Shown: in pieces, positions 1-14,745 of the stretch
Numbering within the stretch: the stretch's first letter is position 1
Layout of the letters: each line of letters begins with the position of its first letter
Assembly (NCBI GenBank): GCA_964247055.1
Contig: OZ176060.1
Location: 868,001-932,000 of the forward strand
DNA: 64,000 nucleotides
From: Paragordius varius
Taxonomy: Eukaryota; Animalia; Nematomorpha
Direction: 5' to 3'
The notes under the pieces: generated by a model
What the model was told of the DNA's origin: nothing
The model's database searches: none
The model's input: the letters and a program-made list of their open reading frames with translations, nothing else
Program-made: the position numbers and the translations under genes

Positions 1-430
1 TTTTTTATTTTTATATAATATATAAATATTATAAGTTTTAATATTTAATTTTAATGAGTTTATATATATCATGAACATATGATTATGTGTACGTATGTAT
101 GCCATTAATAAATAACATTTATTAATTTATTTGCTTTAATAATTTTTATTAAAAAAAATAAAATTATTAATTTGAAATTTTTAAATAATTATTTTTATTA
201 TCCAGAAAAAATTTAATTTTATAATTATATAATTTTGTTTTAAAACTATTTTTTAACATTAAAAGTTTTTTCATATAATATTAAATAAATTTATTGTAAA
301 AAATAATTTAATTAAATATAATAATGAAAGTTTTAATTTTAAAATTTCAAATAAATAGTTTTATATTGATTTTTTTTAAATTATAAAATTTTTATTTAAA
401 TTTTAAAAACACGAAGTCTTAATTATAATA
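1..430 (+). repeat. AT-rich spacer (family E/F-like); third copy of the segment that follows the eIF1-derived blocks
   Basis: ATGAACATATGATTATGTGTACGTATGTATGCCATTAATAAATAA (~70-115) matches ~33630-33675 and ~39535-39575. It enters family A through the same AAATAAATTATTTTAAGTAAAATAGAAAATTACTAAATAAT junction as at ~35795. Confidence 0.8.
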
Positions 431-3400
431 AATAAATAAATTATTTTAAGTAAAATAGAAAATTACTAAATAATCTAATATTTTCAAAAATATTTAATAC
501 ATTTTTTAAATTTAAAAGAAGAATTATCTAAAACAAAGAGGTCTCAAAAACTAAAATCAATTCTTGTTGAATAAATTATAAATGAATATTTCTTTTAAAA
601 ATAAAATATTTAAATTTAAAAGAATAATTATCTAAAACTAAGAGATCTCGAAAATTTAAATCAATTCTTGTTGAAAAAATAATTTTTTTAAAAAAATTCA
701 AAAATGCAAAACGTTTTGATTGATTGGGAAAAGGTTTTTATTAATTGGAAAATTACCAAATAATAGCTAATATGAAATTTCATAAATATTTATTCCATCT
801 TTAAGAATTATTTATAAAACTCGAAAATAAAAATCTATTTCTTGTTAAATAAATAAATATTTTTTAAAAAATTCAAAAAAATCTATATATTATTAAATAA
901 AAGCATTTTTATGACTAGACAATTACCAAATAATAGTTATTTTACAAAATATGAAAAATAAATTCCATCTTTAAGAAGAATTATTTTTTAAACTCAAAAA
1001 TAAAAAAGTTTTTTTTAAATTCAAAATTACCAAATAATAATTAATATGAAATTTCATAATTTTTCAAAATAAATTCCATTTTTAAGAAGAATTATTTATA
1101 AAACTCGAAAATTAAAAAGTTTTTTTGACTGAAAATTACCAAATAATAGTTAATATGAAATTTCATAATTTTCAAAATAAATTCCATTTTTAAGAAGAAT
1201 TATTTATAAAACTCGAAAATTAAAAAGGTTTTTTTGATTAATGAAAATTACCAAATAATAGTTAATATGAAATCTCACAAATTTTCAAAAATATTAATTC
1301 CATCTTTTAAATTTAAAAGAAGAATTATTTATAAAACTGAAAATAAAAAAGTTTTTTTGATTGGAAAATTACCAAATAATAGTTAATATGAAATTTTATA
1401 AACTTTTAAAAATATTTATTCCATCTTTTAAATTTAAAAGAAGAATTATTTAAAACAAAGAAATTTCAAAAACTAAAATCAATTCTTGTTAAATTAATAA
1501 TTTTTTCAAAAATAAATTTTTCTTTTAATAAATCTCAGAAGAATTATTTAAAATAAAGAGGTCTCGAAAACTAAAATCATTTTTTGTTAAATGAATATAT
1601 TTTTCTTTTAAAAATGCTCTTTTAAATGCAAAACGTTTTGATTGATTGGGAAAAAGTTTTTTTTTTGATTGGAAAATAATTAAATAATAGATATTTTTAA
1701 AATTTTTAAAATAAATTCCATTTTTAAGAATTATTTATAAAACTCGAAAATAAAAAGGTTTTTTTTAACTGGAAAATTACCAAATAATAGATATTTTACA
1801 AAATTTTAAAAATATTCCATCTTTAAGAAGAATTATTTAAAACAAAGAATTTCTAAAAATTAAAATCAATTCTTGTTAAATTCTTGTTAAATCAATAAAT
1901 TTTTTTAAAAAATCCAAAAATATTCTTTATAATGGTTAATAAAAGGTTTTTTTTAATAATAAAAAAAGTTTTTTTGACTGAAAAATTACCAAATAATAAC
2001 TAATATAAAATCTCATAAATTTTCAAAAATATTTAATTCCATCTTTTAAATTTAAAAGAAGAATTATCTAAAATAAAAAAATTAAGATCATTTCTTGTTA
2101 ATTTTTTGTTAAATAAATAAATTTTTCTTTTAAAAATGCTCTTTTAAATGCAAAACGTTTTGATTGATTGGGAAAAGCGTTTTTTTTGACTGAAAAATTA
2201 CTAAATAATAGATATTTTACAAAATTTCAAAAATAAATTCCATCTTTAAGAAGAATTATTTATAAAATGCAAAAATAAAAATTATTTCTTATTAAACGAA
2301 TAAATATTTCTTATAAATAAATCCAAAAATAATCTTTATAATAGTTAATAAAAAAATTTTTTGACTGGAAAATTACCAAATAATAGATATTTACAAAATT
2401 TTCAAAAATATTCATTCCATCTTTAAGAAGAATTATTTATAAAACTCAAAAATAAAAAAGTTTTTTTAACTCGAAATTCTACCAATTAATAGATATTTTT
2501 CAAAATTTCAAAAATAATTTCCATCTTTAAGAAGAATTATTTATAAAACTCAAAAACTAAAATCATTTCTTGTAAAATTAATAATTTTTTTCTTTCAAAA
2601 ATGACTTTTAAATGCAAAAAGTTTCGATTTATTAAAAAAAGTTTTTTTTTGATTGATGAAAATTACCAAATAATAGCTAATATGAAATCTCATAAATTTA
2701 TTCAAAAATAATTCCATCTTTTAAATTTAAAAGAAGAATTATCTAAAACAAAGAAATATTTTAGAAAATTTAATCATTTCTTAAATAAATTTTTGTTTTA
2801 AAAATAAATTTTTCTTTTAAAATCTCTCTAATGATTAATAAAAAAAGTTTTTTTGACTGGAATATTACCAAATAATAGATATTTTACAAAATTTCAAAAA
2901 TATTCATTCCATCTTTAAGAAGAATTATTTATAAAACTCGAAAATAAAAAGTTTTTTTGATTGATGAAAATTACTAAATAGATATATGTCAAAATTTTAA
3001 AAAACTTTTAAAAATATTTATTCATCTTTTAATAAATCTAAGAAGAATTATCTAAAATAAAAATAATATTTTTCTTTAAAAAAACTCAAAAATAAAATGT
3101 TTTTATTAATAAAAAGTTTATTTTTAAATGATGAAAATAACCAAATAATAGATATTTTACAAACTTTACCAAAAATATTACACCTTTTAAATCTAAGAAA
3201 AATTATTTATAAAACTCAAAAATATAAGTTTTTTTTTGATTGATGAAAAATTACCAAATAATAGATTTGAAATCTCATAACTTTTACAAAAATATTTATT
3301 CCATCTTTTAAATTTAAAAAAAGAATTATTTAAAAAACTCAAAAATAAAAAGGTTTTTTGATCTAAAATCATTTCTTGTTAAATTAAAATCAATTTTTGT

Positions 3401-6400
3401 TAAATGAATAATTTTTTCTTAAAAATGCCTTTTTAAATGCAAAAATTTTGATTTATTAATAAAAAGTTTTGTTATTGATGAAAATTACCACTAATAGCTA
3501 ATATGAAATTTTATAAACTTTCAAAAATATTTAAATTTTAAAGAAGAATTATCTAAAATAAAGAGGTCTTTAAAAATTAAAATCAATTCAGGTTAAATTA
3601 AGAATAAATTTTCAAAAATAAATAATTTTTTTAAAAAAAGCCTTTTTAAATGCAAAATGTTTCAATTGAAAAACGATTTTGACTGAAAAATTACCAAATA
3701 ATAACTATTATGAAATTTCATAAACTTTCAAAAATATTTATTCCATCTTTTAAATCTAAAAGAAGAATTATCTAAAACAAAGAGGTCTCGAAAATTAAAA
3801 TTATTTCTTGTAAAATGAATAAATTTTTAAAAAATTCAAAAATAATCTTTATAATAGTTAATAAAAGTTTTTTTGACTGAAAAATTACCAAATAATAGAT
3901 ATTTTAAGAAGAATTATTTATAAAACTCGAAAATAAAAAGGTTTTTTGATTGATGGAAATTACCAAATAATAGCTAATATGAAATTTCAGAAATTTCAAA
4001 AATAATTCCATCTTTTTAATTTAAAAGAAGAATTTTTTAAAACAAAAAGAGGTTTCGAGAACTAAAATCATTTCTTGTTAAATGAATAAATTTTTCTTTT
4101 AAAAATGCTGTTTTAAATGCAAAATGTTTTAATTGATTGGGAAAAATAGTTTTTTTTGATTAGAAAATTACCAAATAATAGTAAATATGAAATTTCATAA
4201 TTTTCAAAAATATTTATTCCATCTTTTAAATTTAAGAGAAGAATTATCTAAAACAAAGAATATTTAAAAATTAAAATTATTTCTTGTCAAATTAATGAAT
4301 TTTTCTTTAAAAATAAATAATTTTTTCAAAAAATATGAAAACGTTTTTTGATTAATGAAAATTACCAAATAATAGCTAATATGAAATCTTATAATTTTCA
4401 AAAATATTTATTCCATCTTTTAAATCTAAATGAAGAATTATCTAAAACAAAGAATTTTTATAAATTAAAATCAATTCTTGTAAAATAAATGATTTTTCTT
4501 TTAAAAATGCTCTTTTAAATTTAAAAATGTATTATCTAAAACAAAAAGGTCTAGAAATTTAAAATAATTTTTGTTAAATTAATTATTTTTAAAAAATTTA
4601 AAAATTCAAATTTATTATTAAAAAGGTTTTTTTAATTGAAATGGAAAATTACCAAATAATAGCTAATATGAAATTTTATAAACTTTTAAAAATATTTATT
4701 CCATCTTTTAAATTTTCAAGAAGAATTATCTAAAACAAAGAGGTCTCGAAAATTAAAATCATTTCTTGTTAAATTAATAAATTTTTTTAAAAATGCTCTT
4801 TTAAATAATGTTAAAATTTGTTAATAAAAAAGTTTTTTTGATTGATGAAAATTACCAAATAATAGCTAATATGAAATTTTATAAACTTTAAAACATTCCA
4901 TCTTTTAAATCTAAAAGAAGACTTATCTAAAACAAAGAAATCTCTAAAACTAAAATCATTTTTTGTTAAATTAATAATTTATTTAAAAAAATCCAAAAAT
5001 AATCTTTATAATAGTTAATAAAAAGGTTTTATTGACTGAAAAATTACTAAATAATAGCTAATATGAAATCTTACAAAATTTCAAAAATATTCATTCCATC
5101 TTTTAATAAATCTAAGAAGAAATATTTAAAACTAAGAAATATTCTAGAAAACTAAAATCATTTCTTGTTAAATAAATAAATTTTTTAAAAAAAATCCAAA
5201 AATAATCTTTATAATAGTTAATAAAAAGGTTTTTTTTTATTAAAAAAAAATGTTTTTTTTAACTTGAAAATTACCAAATAATAGCTAATATAAAATCTCA
5301 TAAACCTTTAAAAATATTTATTCCATCTTTTAAATTTAAGATGAATTATTTAATTCAAAGAAATACTCTAGAAAATTAAATCATTTCTTGTTAAATTAAT
5401 ATATTTTCTTTTAAAAATGCTCTTTTAAATGCAAAAGTTTCGATTGATTGGATAGTTTTTTTTTAAATGAAAATTACCAAATAATAGCTAATATGAAATC
5501 TCACAAATTTTCAAAATAAATTCCATCTTTTAATAAATCTCAAGAAGAATTATTTAAAACTAAAATCAATTCTTGTTGAATAAATAAAATCAATTCTTGT
5601 TAAATAAATAAATTTCTTTAAAAAAATCCAAAAATAAACGTTTTTTTTTATTAATAAAAAGTTTTTTTGAATGGAAAATTACCAAATAATAAATATTTTA
5701 CAAAATTTCAAAAATAAATTCCATCTTTAAGAAGAATTATTTATAAAACTCAAAAATAAAAGGTTTTTTTAATTGATGAAAAATACCAAATAATATCTAA
5801 TATGAAATCTCATAATTTTCAAAAATATTTATTCCATCTTTTAAAAAATCTAAGAAGAATTATTTAAAATACTCAAAAAATAAAAAGGTTTTTTTAGATT
5901 GATGAAAATTACTAAATAATAGCTAATATGAAATTTCATAAATTTTAAAATATTCCATCTTTAAAAAGATCTAAGAAGAAATATCTAAAACAAAGAGGTC
6001 TCGAAAACTAAAATCAATTTTTGTTAAATGAATAATTTTCTTAAAAAAATTCAAAAATAATCTTTATAATAGTTAATAAAAAGTTTTTTTGATTGATGAA
6101 AATTACCAAATAATAGCTAATATGAAATCTTATAAATTTTCAAAAATATTTATTCCATCTTTTTAAATTTAAAAGAAGAATTATTTAAAACTAAGAAATA
6201 CTCTAGAAAATTAAATCATTTCTTGTTAAATGAATAAATCTAAAAAAATTCAAAACGTTTTGATTGATTGGGAAAAAAGATTTTTTTTTGATTGGAAAAT
6301 TACCAAATAATAGATATTTTACAAAATTTCAAAAATAAATTCCATCTTTAAGAAGAATTATTTAAAACTAAAATCAATTCTTGTTAAATTAATAAAATTT

Positions 6401-7800
6401 TATTTTGAAAATGCTCTTTTAAATGCAAAACGCTTTGATTTATTAATAAAAAGTTTTTTTTTGATTGGAAAATTACCAAATAATAGCTAATATGAAATTT
6501 CAAAACTTTCAAAAATATTTATTCAAGAATTATTTATAAAACTCAAAAATAAAAAGGTTTTTTTGATTGATGAAAATTACCAAATAATAGATATTTTACA
6601 AAATTTCAAAAATATTTATTCCATTTTTAAATTTAAAAGAAGAATTATTTATAAAACTCAAAAATAAACGGTTTTTTAACTGGAAAATTACCAGAAATAG
6701 CTAATATAAAATCTTACAAAATTCAAAAATATTCCATCTTTTAAATCTAAGAGTAATCTATAATAAAAACTCTAGAAAATTAAAATTATTTTTTGTTAAA
6801 AGAATAATTTTTTTTCAAAAATATTTATTCCATCTTTTAAATTTAAGAAGAATTATCTAAAACAAAGAGATTTCAAAAACTAAAATCAATTCTGATTTTT
6901 TTTAAAATAAATTTTACAAAATTTCAAAAATAAATTCCATTTTTTAAATTTAAAAGAAGAATTATCTAAAACAAAGAGGTTTTGAAAATTAAAATCATTT
7001 CTTGTTTAATTTAAATTTTTATTTAAAAAAATCTAAAAATAATCTTTATAATAGTTAATAAAAAATTTTTTTGATTGGAAAATAACCAATTAATAGCTAA
7101 TATGAAATCTCATAAATTTTTATATTTTATCTTTTATAAAATTAAGAATAATTATTTAAATCAAATTTATTAATAAAACTTTTTTTTGACTGGAAAATTA
7201 CCAAATAATAGCTAATATTAAATTTTATAAATTTTAAAATATTCCATCTTTAAGAAGAATTATTTATAAAACTCAAAAATAAAATTCATTTCTTGTTAAA
7301 TAAATGATTTTTTTTAAAAATGCTCTCTCTATTTATCTGGAAAATTCAAAATGTATCAATTTATTATAAAAAGTTTTTTTAAAAATATATTCCATCTTTT
7401 AAAAAGAATTATTTATAAAATCCAAAAATGATCTTTATAAAACTTGAAAATAAAGTAATTCTTGTTAAAAAAATAATTCTTTTAAAAAAATGCAATGATT
7501 ATAAAAAAGTTTTATATTGACTTAAAAATTACCAAATAATAGATATTTTACAAAATTTTCAAAAATATTTTCCATCTTTAAGAAGAATTATTTATAAAAC
7601 TCAAAAATAAAAAAGTTTATTTTGACTGGAAAATTACGAAATAATAGCTAATATGAAATCTTAGAAACTTTCAAAAAAATATTCCATCTTTTAAATTTAA
7701 AAGGAGAATAATTTATAAAATTCAAAAATAAAAGTTTTTTTGACTGAAAAATTACCAAATAATATGAAAAATAAATTCCTTTTAAGAAAAATTATTTATA
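430..7800 (+). repeat. Complex satellite family A, block 1
   Basis: Dozens of co-oriented copies of GAAAATTACCAAATAATAG, ATTCCATCTTT, AAGAAGAATTAT and AAATCA(A/T)TTCTTGTTAAA. Short (~95 bp) and long (~190 bp) units alternate irregularly. Confidence 0.95.
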
Positions 7801-10800
7801 AAACTCGAAAAAAATAAGTAAAAGGAAATAATCTAGAAATTGAAATTGATAATAAAAAATAATATTATTCTCTGAAACAAAACACTTTTTTTCTTAATAA
7901 ATCTCTTTTACTTAAAAGCTTCTTAATATTAAAGCGAGTATATACTACATTACTCAGGTAATTTCAAATATAACTCGAAAAAAAGAAGTAAAATGAAACA
8001 ATTTAGAAAATTGAAATTGTTGATAATATTATATTCTTTGAAATAGATTTTTTATGAATAAATCTCTGTTTTAAAAGCTTATTAATATTACAGCGAGTAT
8101 ATACTTGATTACTCAAGTTTTTTAAGAAATAATTCGATGAAAAAATAAGTAAAAGGAAAGATTCTAATTAAAATTGATAATAATAATAATAATAAAATAA
8201 ATGTTTCAGCGAGTATATACTACATTACTCAAAGATTTTAAAAGCAAGGTTTTTTTATTACTAAATATTCATCTGGCTTTCTTGTTCAAAAGAAGGCAAA
8301 AAATAGAAATTTCAATAAAAAACTCGAAAAAAATAAGTAAAAGGAAACAATCTAGAAATTGAAATTGATAATTATAATATTAATATTATTCTCTAAAATA
8401 AAGACTTATTTCTTAATAAATCTCTTTAGATAGAAATTTCAAACTATAAAACTCGAAAAAAATAAGTAAAAGGAAATAATCTAGAAAAAATTGTTAATTA
8501 TAAAAATAATATTATTCTCTAAAACAAAACGCTTTTTTTCTGGATAAATCTCTCTTTTACTTAAAAGCTTCTTAATATTACAGCGAGTATATACTAAATT
8601 ACTCAAGTATTTTAAAAGCAAAGACTTTTATTCTAATAAAAATTTTAAGAAAACTTGAAAAAAATAAGTAAAATAAAACAAATAATTTAAATAAAATTTA
8701 TTACTAATAAAAATATTCTTTAAAATAAACACTTTTTTCTAATAAATCTCTATAGATAGAAATTTCAAATTATAATTCTTGAAAAAATTAAGTAAAAGGA
8801 AACAATTAATTAAAATTGTTAATTATAATATTAATAATATTATTATTCTTTAAAACAAAACACTTTTTTTCTTTATAAATTCTCTTTTACTTAAAAGCTT
8901 CTTAATATTACAGCGAGTCTAAACCTAACTCAGGTATTTTAAAAGCAAGGTTTTTTGAATTTCAATTATTTCTGTGGCTTACTTGTTCGAGTAAGGGCGA
9001 ATATATTAAAATTATAAAACTCAAAAAAAATAAGTAAAAGGAAATAATCTAGAAATTAAAATTGTTAATAAAAATAATATTATTATTCTCTGAAACAAAA
9101 CACTTTTTTTCTTAATAAATCTTTTTTTGTCTTTAAAATCTTATTAATATTACAGTGAGTATATACTACATTACTCAAGTATTTAAAGGCAAAGACTTTT
9201 ATTCTAATAGAAATTCAAAAAAAAATCAAAAAACAAGTAAAAGGAAACAATCTAAAAATTGAATTTGATAATTAAAATAATATTATTTTTCTCTATAATA
9301 AACACTTTTTTTCTTGATAAATCTCTTTTTAAGGCTTTCAATATTAAAGCGAGTATATACTACATTACTCAAGTATTTAAGGCAGAAACTCGAAAAAAAT
9401 AAGTAAAAGGAAACAATCTAATTAAAATTAATTATAAATATAATATTATTCTTTAAACTAAGCACTTTATTTTTTAAAAAATCTCTTTTACTTAAAACTT
9501 CTTAATATTAAGAGTATATACTTAATTACTTAAATGTTTTAAAAACAAAGACTTTTATTCTAATAGATATTCAAAAAAAATCAAAAAATAAGTTAAAAGA
9601 AATAATATTAAAATTGTTAATAAAAATAATATAATTCTCTATAATATAAATACTTTTTCTTAATAAATCTCTTTTACTTAAAAGCTTAACAATATTAAAG
9701 CGAGTATATTCTACATTACTCAAATATTAAGCAAGGTTTTTTGAATTTAAAATATTCCTGTGGATTTCCTTTAAAATTTCAAGTAAAAACTCGAAAAAAT
9801 AAGTAAAAGGAAATAATCTAGAAATCGAAATAAAAATAATATTATTCTCTAAAATAAAGACTTTTTCTCTTGATAAATCTCTATAGATATAAATTCCAAA
9901 GTATAAACTCGAAAAAAATAAGTAAAAGGAAATAATCTAGAAATTGAAATTTATAATAATCTGATTAAAATTGTTAGTAAAAACTTTTTTCTTGATAAAT
10001 CTCTATAGATAGAAATTTCAAAAATTATAAAACTCGACAAAAATAAGTTAAAGGAAATAATCTAGTAATTGAAATTTATAATAAAAATAATAATATTATT
10101 ATTCTTTAAAATAAACACTTTTTTCTTGATAAATCTCTTTTACTTAAAAGCTTATCAATATTACAGCGAGTATATACTTAATTACTCAAGTAAAAGCAAG
10201 TTTTTTATTCTAATAGAAATTCAAAAAAACTCGAAAAAAATAGGTAAATATTTAAATACTGATAATAAATATAATATTATTCTCTAAAACAAAACACTTT
10301 TTTCTTAATAAATTAAAATTGATAATAAATATAATATTATTCTCTAAAATAAAACACTTTTTTCTTAATAAATTGCTTTTACTAAAACGCTTCTTAATAT
10401 TACAGCGAGTATATACTACATTACTCAAGTATTTTAAAAGCAAGATCTTTTTATCTAAAATATTCATATAGTTTCCTTGCTCGAGTCAGAACGAGAAATA
10501 AAAATTTCAAGTAAAAACTCGAAAAAAATAAGTAAAAGGAAACAATTTAGAAATTGAAATTTTAATAAAATTATTATTCTTTGAAACAAATCACTTTCTT
10601 AATAAATTTCTTTTACTTAAAAGCTTATCAATATTACAGCGAGTATAAACTTAATTACTCAGGTATTTTAAGACAAAAACTCGAAAAAATAAAAAAAGGA
10701 AATAATCTAGAAATTGAAATTAATAATAATATTATTATTCTTTGAAATAAAGATTTTTTTTAATAAATTTCTTTTACTTAAAAATTTCAAAAAAAAAAGA

Positions 10801-10843
10801 TAAAAATAAGTAAAAGGAAACAATCTAATTGAAATTGATTATA

Positions 10844-11170
10844 CAGTAAAAAATTCTACGGAAAAAAAACGTAAAAATATAAAAACAAATATTTATCTAA
10901 AAGACAACCATACTTTTAAAATTTATATATATATATATATACCATTTATAATTCAAATTAACCCTTAAACAATTCAAATTTACCCTCAAATAAAATATAT
11001 GTTTTTTCAAAAGATAAAAAAATACCTATATTTTAATATATTTTTATAAAATAAAAATTTTGTTTTAAATAAAAATAAACTATATGCCATACAGATATAT
11101 TTCATATAAAATTAATAAGTTATATTTGTTTCTAAAACAACTTAATTTCTTTTTAGGGTGAATTTTAATT
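10844..11170. mobile_element. C-MITE, right-truncated copy with inverted centre
   Basis: TA|CAGTAAA...TCTACGG left end at 10842-10860. 10985-11165 is the reverse complement of the centre of the standard copies (AAACTATATGCCATACAGATATATTTCATAT vs ATATGAAATATATCTGTATGGCATAGTTT). No right end. Confidence 0.7.
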
Positions 11171-11900
11171 TCTTTTTACTCAAGTATTTTAAAAGCAAGA
11201 CTTTTATTCTAATAGAAATTCAAAAAAAAAACTCGAAAAAAAGAAATAAAAAAGCAATTTAATTGAAATTTTAATAAAAATATTATTCTTTAAAACAACA
11301 TACTTTTTTCTTTATAAATATCTTTTACTTAAAAGCTTCTTTATATTACAGCGAGTATATACTACATTACTCAAGTATTCTAAGACAAAAATTCGAAAAA
11401 AAGTAGTAAAAGGAAAGAATCTAATTAAAATTGATAATAATATTATAATTCTCTGAAATAAACATTTTTTTTCTGGATAAATCTCGCTTTTACTTAAAAG
11501 CTTAACAATATTAAAGCGAGTATATACTACATTACTCAAATATTTTAAAAGAATGGTTTTTAAATTTCAATTACGAGTGAGAACATGAAATAGTAATTTC
11601 AAGTAAAAACTCGAAAAAAATAAGTAAAAGTAAATAATCTAGAAATTAAAATTGATAATATAATATTATTCTATAAAACAAAACACTTTTTTTCTTAATA
11701 AATCTCTTTAAGTAAAAGCTTATTTATATTACAGCGAGTATATACTACATTACTCAAGTATTTTAAAAACAAAGACTTTTATTCTAAAATATTCCTGTGG
11801 CTTCCTTGCTCGAATGAGGGCAAAATAAAAATTTCAAGTAAAAACTCGAAAAAAATAAGTAAAAGGAAATAATCTAGAAATTGAAATTGTTGATAATATA

Positions 11901-12647
11901 CAGTATAAATTTAAATTCTACGGAAAAAAACTTAAAAATATAAAAAAAAAATTATTTTTATCTAAAAGACAACCATACTTTAAAAATTTTTATATTTTTA
12001 TATATATACCATTTACAGTTCAAATTCACCCTTGAACAATTTAAATTTACCCTAAAAAGAAATTATGTTGTTTTAGAAACAAATATAACTTATTAATTAT
12101 ATGAAATAATATCTTTATGGCATAGTTTATTAATTTTATTTGAAACAAAATTTTTATTTTTTAAAAATATATTAATATATAGGTAATTTTTTATCTTAAT
12201 AAACATATATTTTATTTGAGGATGAATTTGAATTGTTCAAGGGTAAATTTGAATTGTAATGATATATAAAATATATTAAAATATAGAAATTTTTATTTTT
12301 TTAAAATTTTTTATCTTAAAAAACATATTTTTTATATTTAAGGGTGAATTTGAATTGTTTAAGGGTAAATTTGAATTGTAATGGTATATAAAAATTTTTT
12401 AGTTAATATATATTAAAATATAGGTAATTTTTTATTTTCAAAATCATATATTTTATTTGAGGAAATTTGAATTGAAATTATATATAAATCAAGTATTATA
12501 AAGAAATTTTTATTGGTAAATCAATCAAATATGATTTTTACATTGTAATTAAATTTTTTTTATAAAAGAAATAAAAAAAGTATGGTTGTTTTTTGAAATA
12601 AAAATAATTTTTTACATTTTGTCCGTATAAATTCACAGTTTTCACTG
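11901..12647. mobile_element. C-MITE (Tc1/mariner/pogo-like non-autonomous element), 747 bp
   Basis: TA|CAGT ... ACTG|TA. Long imperfect inverted arms (AGACAACCATACTTT / AAAGTATGGTTGT; TTCAAATTCACCCTTGAACAATT / AATTGTTCAAGGGTAAATTTGAA). No ORF. Confidence 0.8.
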
Positions 12648-13074
12648 TATTGGTTCTAAAACAAAACACTTTTTTTCTAGATAAATCTCTAAAGATAGAA
12701 ATTTTAAATTATAAAAACTCGAAAAAAATAAGTAAAAGGAAATAATCTAGAAATTAAAATTGATAATAATAATAATATTATTCTCTAAAACAAAACACTT
12801 TTTTCTTAATAAATCTCTATAGATAGAAATTTCAAATTATAATACTCGAAAATAAAAAAGTAAAAGAAAACAATTTAGAAATTAAGATAATAAATATAAT
12901 ATTATTCTCTAAAATAAAAACTTTTTTTTGATAAATCGCTTTTACTTAAAAGCTTCATAATATTACAGCGAGTATATACTACATTACTCGAGATTTTAAA
13001 AGCAAGATCTTTTTAATCTAAAATATTCATCTGGCTACCTTGTTTGAGTGAGAACGAGGAATAAAAATTTAAGA

Positions 13075-13717
13075 AATCGAAAATAAAGTAATTCTTGTTG
13101 AAAAAATAAATTCTTAAAAAAAATGTAATTAATAAAAAGGGTTTTTTGACTGGAAAATTACCAAATAATAGACAATATTAAATATCACAAATTTTCAAAA
13201 ATAATTCTATCTTTTAAATTTCAAAAATAATTATCTAAAACAAAGAGTTCTCAAAACCAAAATTATTTGTTATATTAATAATTTTTTTTTATAAATTTAA
13301 AAGAAGAATTATTTAAAACAAAGAAATACTCTAGAAAATTAAAATCATTTCTTGTTAAATAAATAATTTTTTTTAAAAAAAATGCTCTTTTAAATGAAAA
13401 ACGTTTTATTTGATTGGGAAAAAGATTTTTTTTTGACTGAAAATTACCAAATAATAGATATTTTACAATTTCAAAAATAAATTCCATCTTTAAGAAGAAT
13501 TATTTATAAAATGCAAAAATTTATAAAAAGTTTTTTTGATTGATAAAATTTACCATAGATATTTTTCAAAATTTCAAAAATAAATTCCATCTTTAAGAAG
13601 AATTATTTATAAAACTCGAAAATAAAAAAGTATTGAATGGAAAATTACCAAATAATAGATATTTTTTTACAAAATTTCAAAAATATTTATTCCATCTTTT
13701 AAACCTAAAAAGAATTA
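13075..13717 (+). repeat. Satellite family A, block 2
   Basis: Same A modules as 430-7800. Confidence 0.9.
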
Positions 13718-14375
13718 GATCACCTGATTTTTTGCTTTACGGATATGCCTGTTATAGAATTGTGATTAAAACTAGTTTATAAAAATTATTATTGTCGCAT
13801 TTATTTAGATTTTTTTAATAAGAAAACACATGTTTTATTCTTATTATTATACATTCATTCATTGATCACCTGATTTTTTGTTTTAACGGATGTGCCTGTT
13901 ATAGAAGTGTGATTGAAAAATCACCCCTTTAATTATTATTGTCGCATTTATTTTGATTTTTTAATGGGAAAAATGCTTTATTCTTTTATTCTCATACATT
14001 CATTCATTGATCACCTGTCTTCTTTTTACGATCATCTGATTTTTTAGGACCTACTTGAGTTACTCTTTATATTATACATTCAAATGTTTAAAAATACCTG
14101 ATTTATATATTTTTAAGAATTCGCAGATACTAAGTTTAATTATTTTATCAGATATATCGAATTTAGATATGTAAAATTTTATATAAATATAGTTTTTTAT
14201 TTTTTAGTTTAATACATACATTCATTCATTAATCACCTGATTTTTTGCTTTAACGGATGTGCCTATTATAGAATAGTGATTAAAACTAGCATATAAAAAT
14301 TATTATTGTCGCATTTATTATAATTTTTTTTAATAAAAAAATGTTTTATTCATTCATTGATCACCTGATTTTTTA
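13718..14375 (+). repeat. Family D block 1: decayed eIF1 exon-start / 3'-UTR-derived repeats
   Basis: About six CATTCATTCATTRATCACCTGATTTTT motifs. Three are followed by GGAT(A/G)TGCCT(G/A)TTATAGAA..GTGATT (~13741, ~13888, ~14255), a diverged form of GGAATTTGCCTGTAATGGAACTGTGATT (eIF1 EFACNGTVI). Confidence 0.75.
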
Positions 14376-14745
14376 TTCACATTTTGCGGTTTTTAACAAA
14401 AATATTTTATATCCGCAAATAATTTTAAACTAAGATATATTTTAATTATCAAAAATATCCTAATAAATTTTGAGTTTTTATTTATAAAAAATATTTTATA
14501 ATTAAAAAATTCAAAAAAACATATAATAATAATTTATTTTAAAATTATCCAATTAATAAATATTTTATTTTTTATTAAAAAACAATTTTAATTTAAATAC
14601 GAAATAATATTCAGAAAAAATAATAAATTATATTAAAATGATATATTTCATATTAATAATAATATTAATAATAATATAGAGTTTTATTATTTTAATTTCA
14701 AAAAACATAATAATAATTTATTTTAAATTATCCAATTAATATATA

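Larger units (their letters stand above)
7800..13070 (+). repeat. Complex satellite family B, block 1 (contains C-MITE copies)
   Basis: Repeated AAAACTCGAAAAAAATAAGTAAAAGGAAA(T/C)AATCTA...ATAAATCTCTTTTACTTAAAAGCTT...ATTACAGCGAGTATATACTACATTACTCAAGT. Confidence 0.95.
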
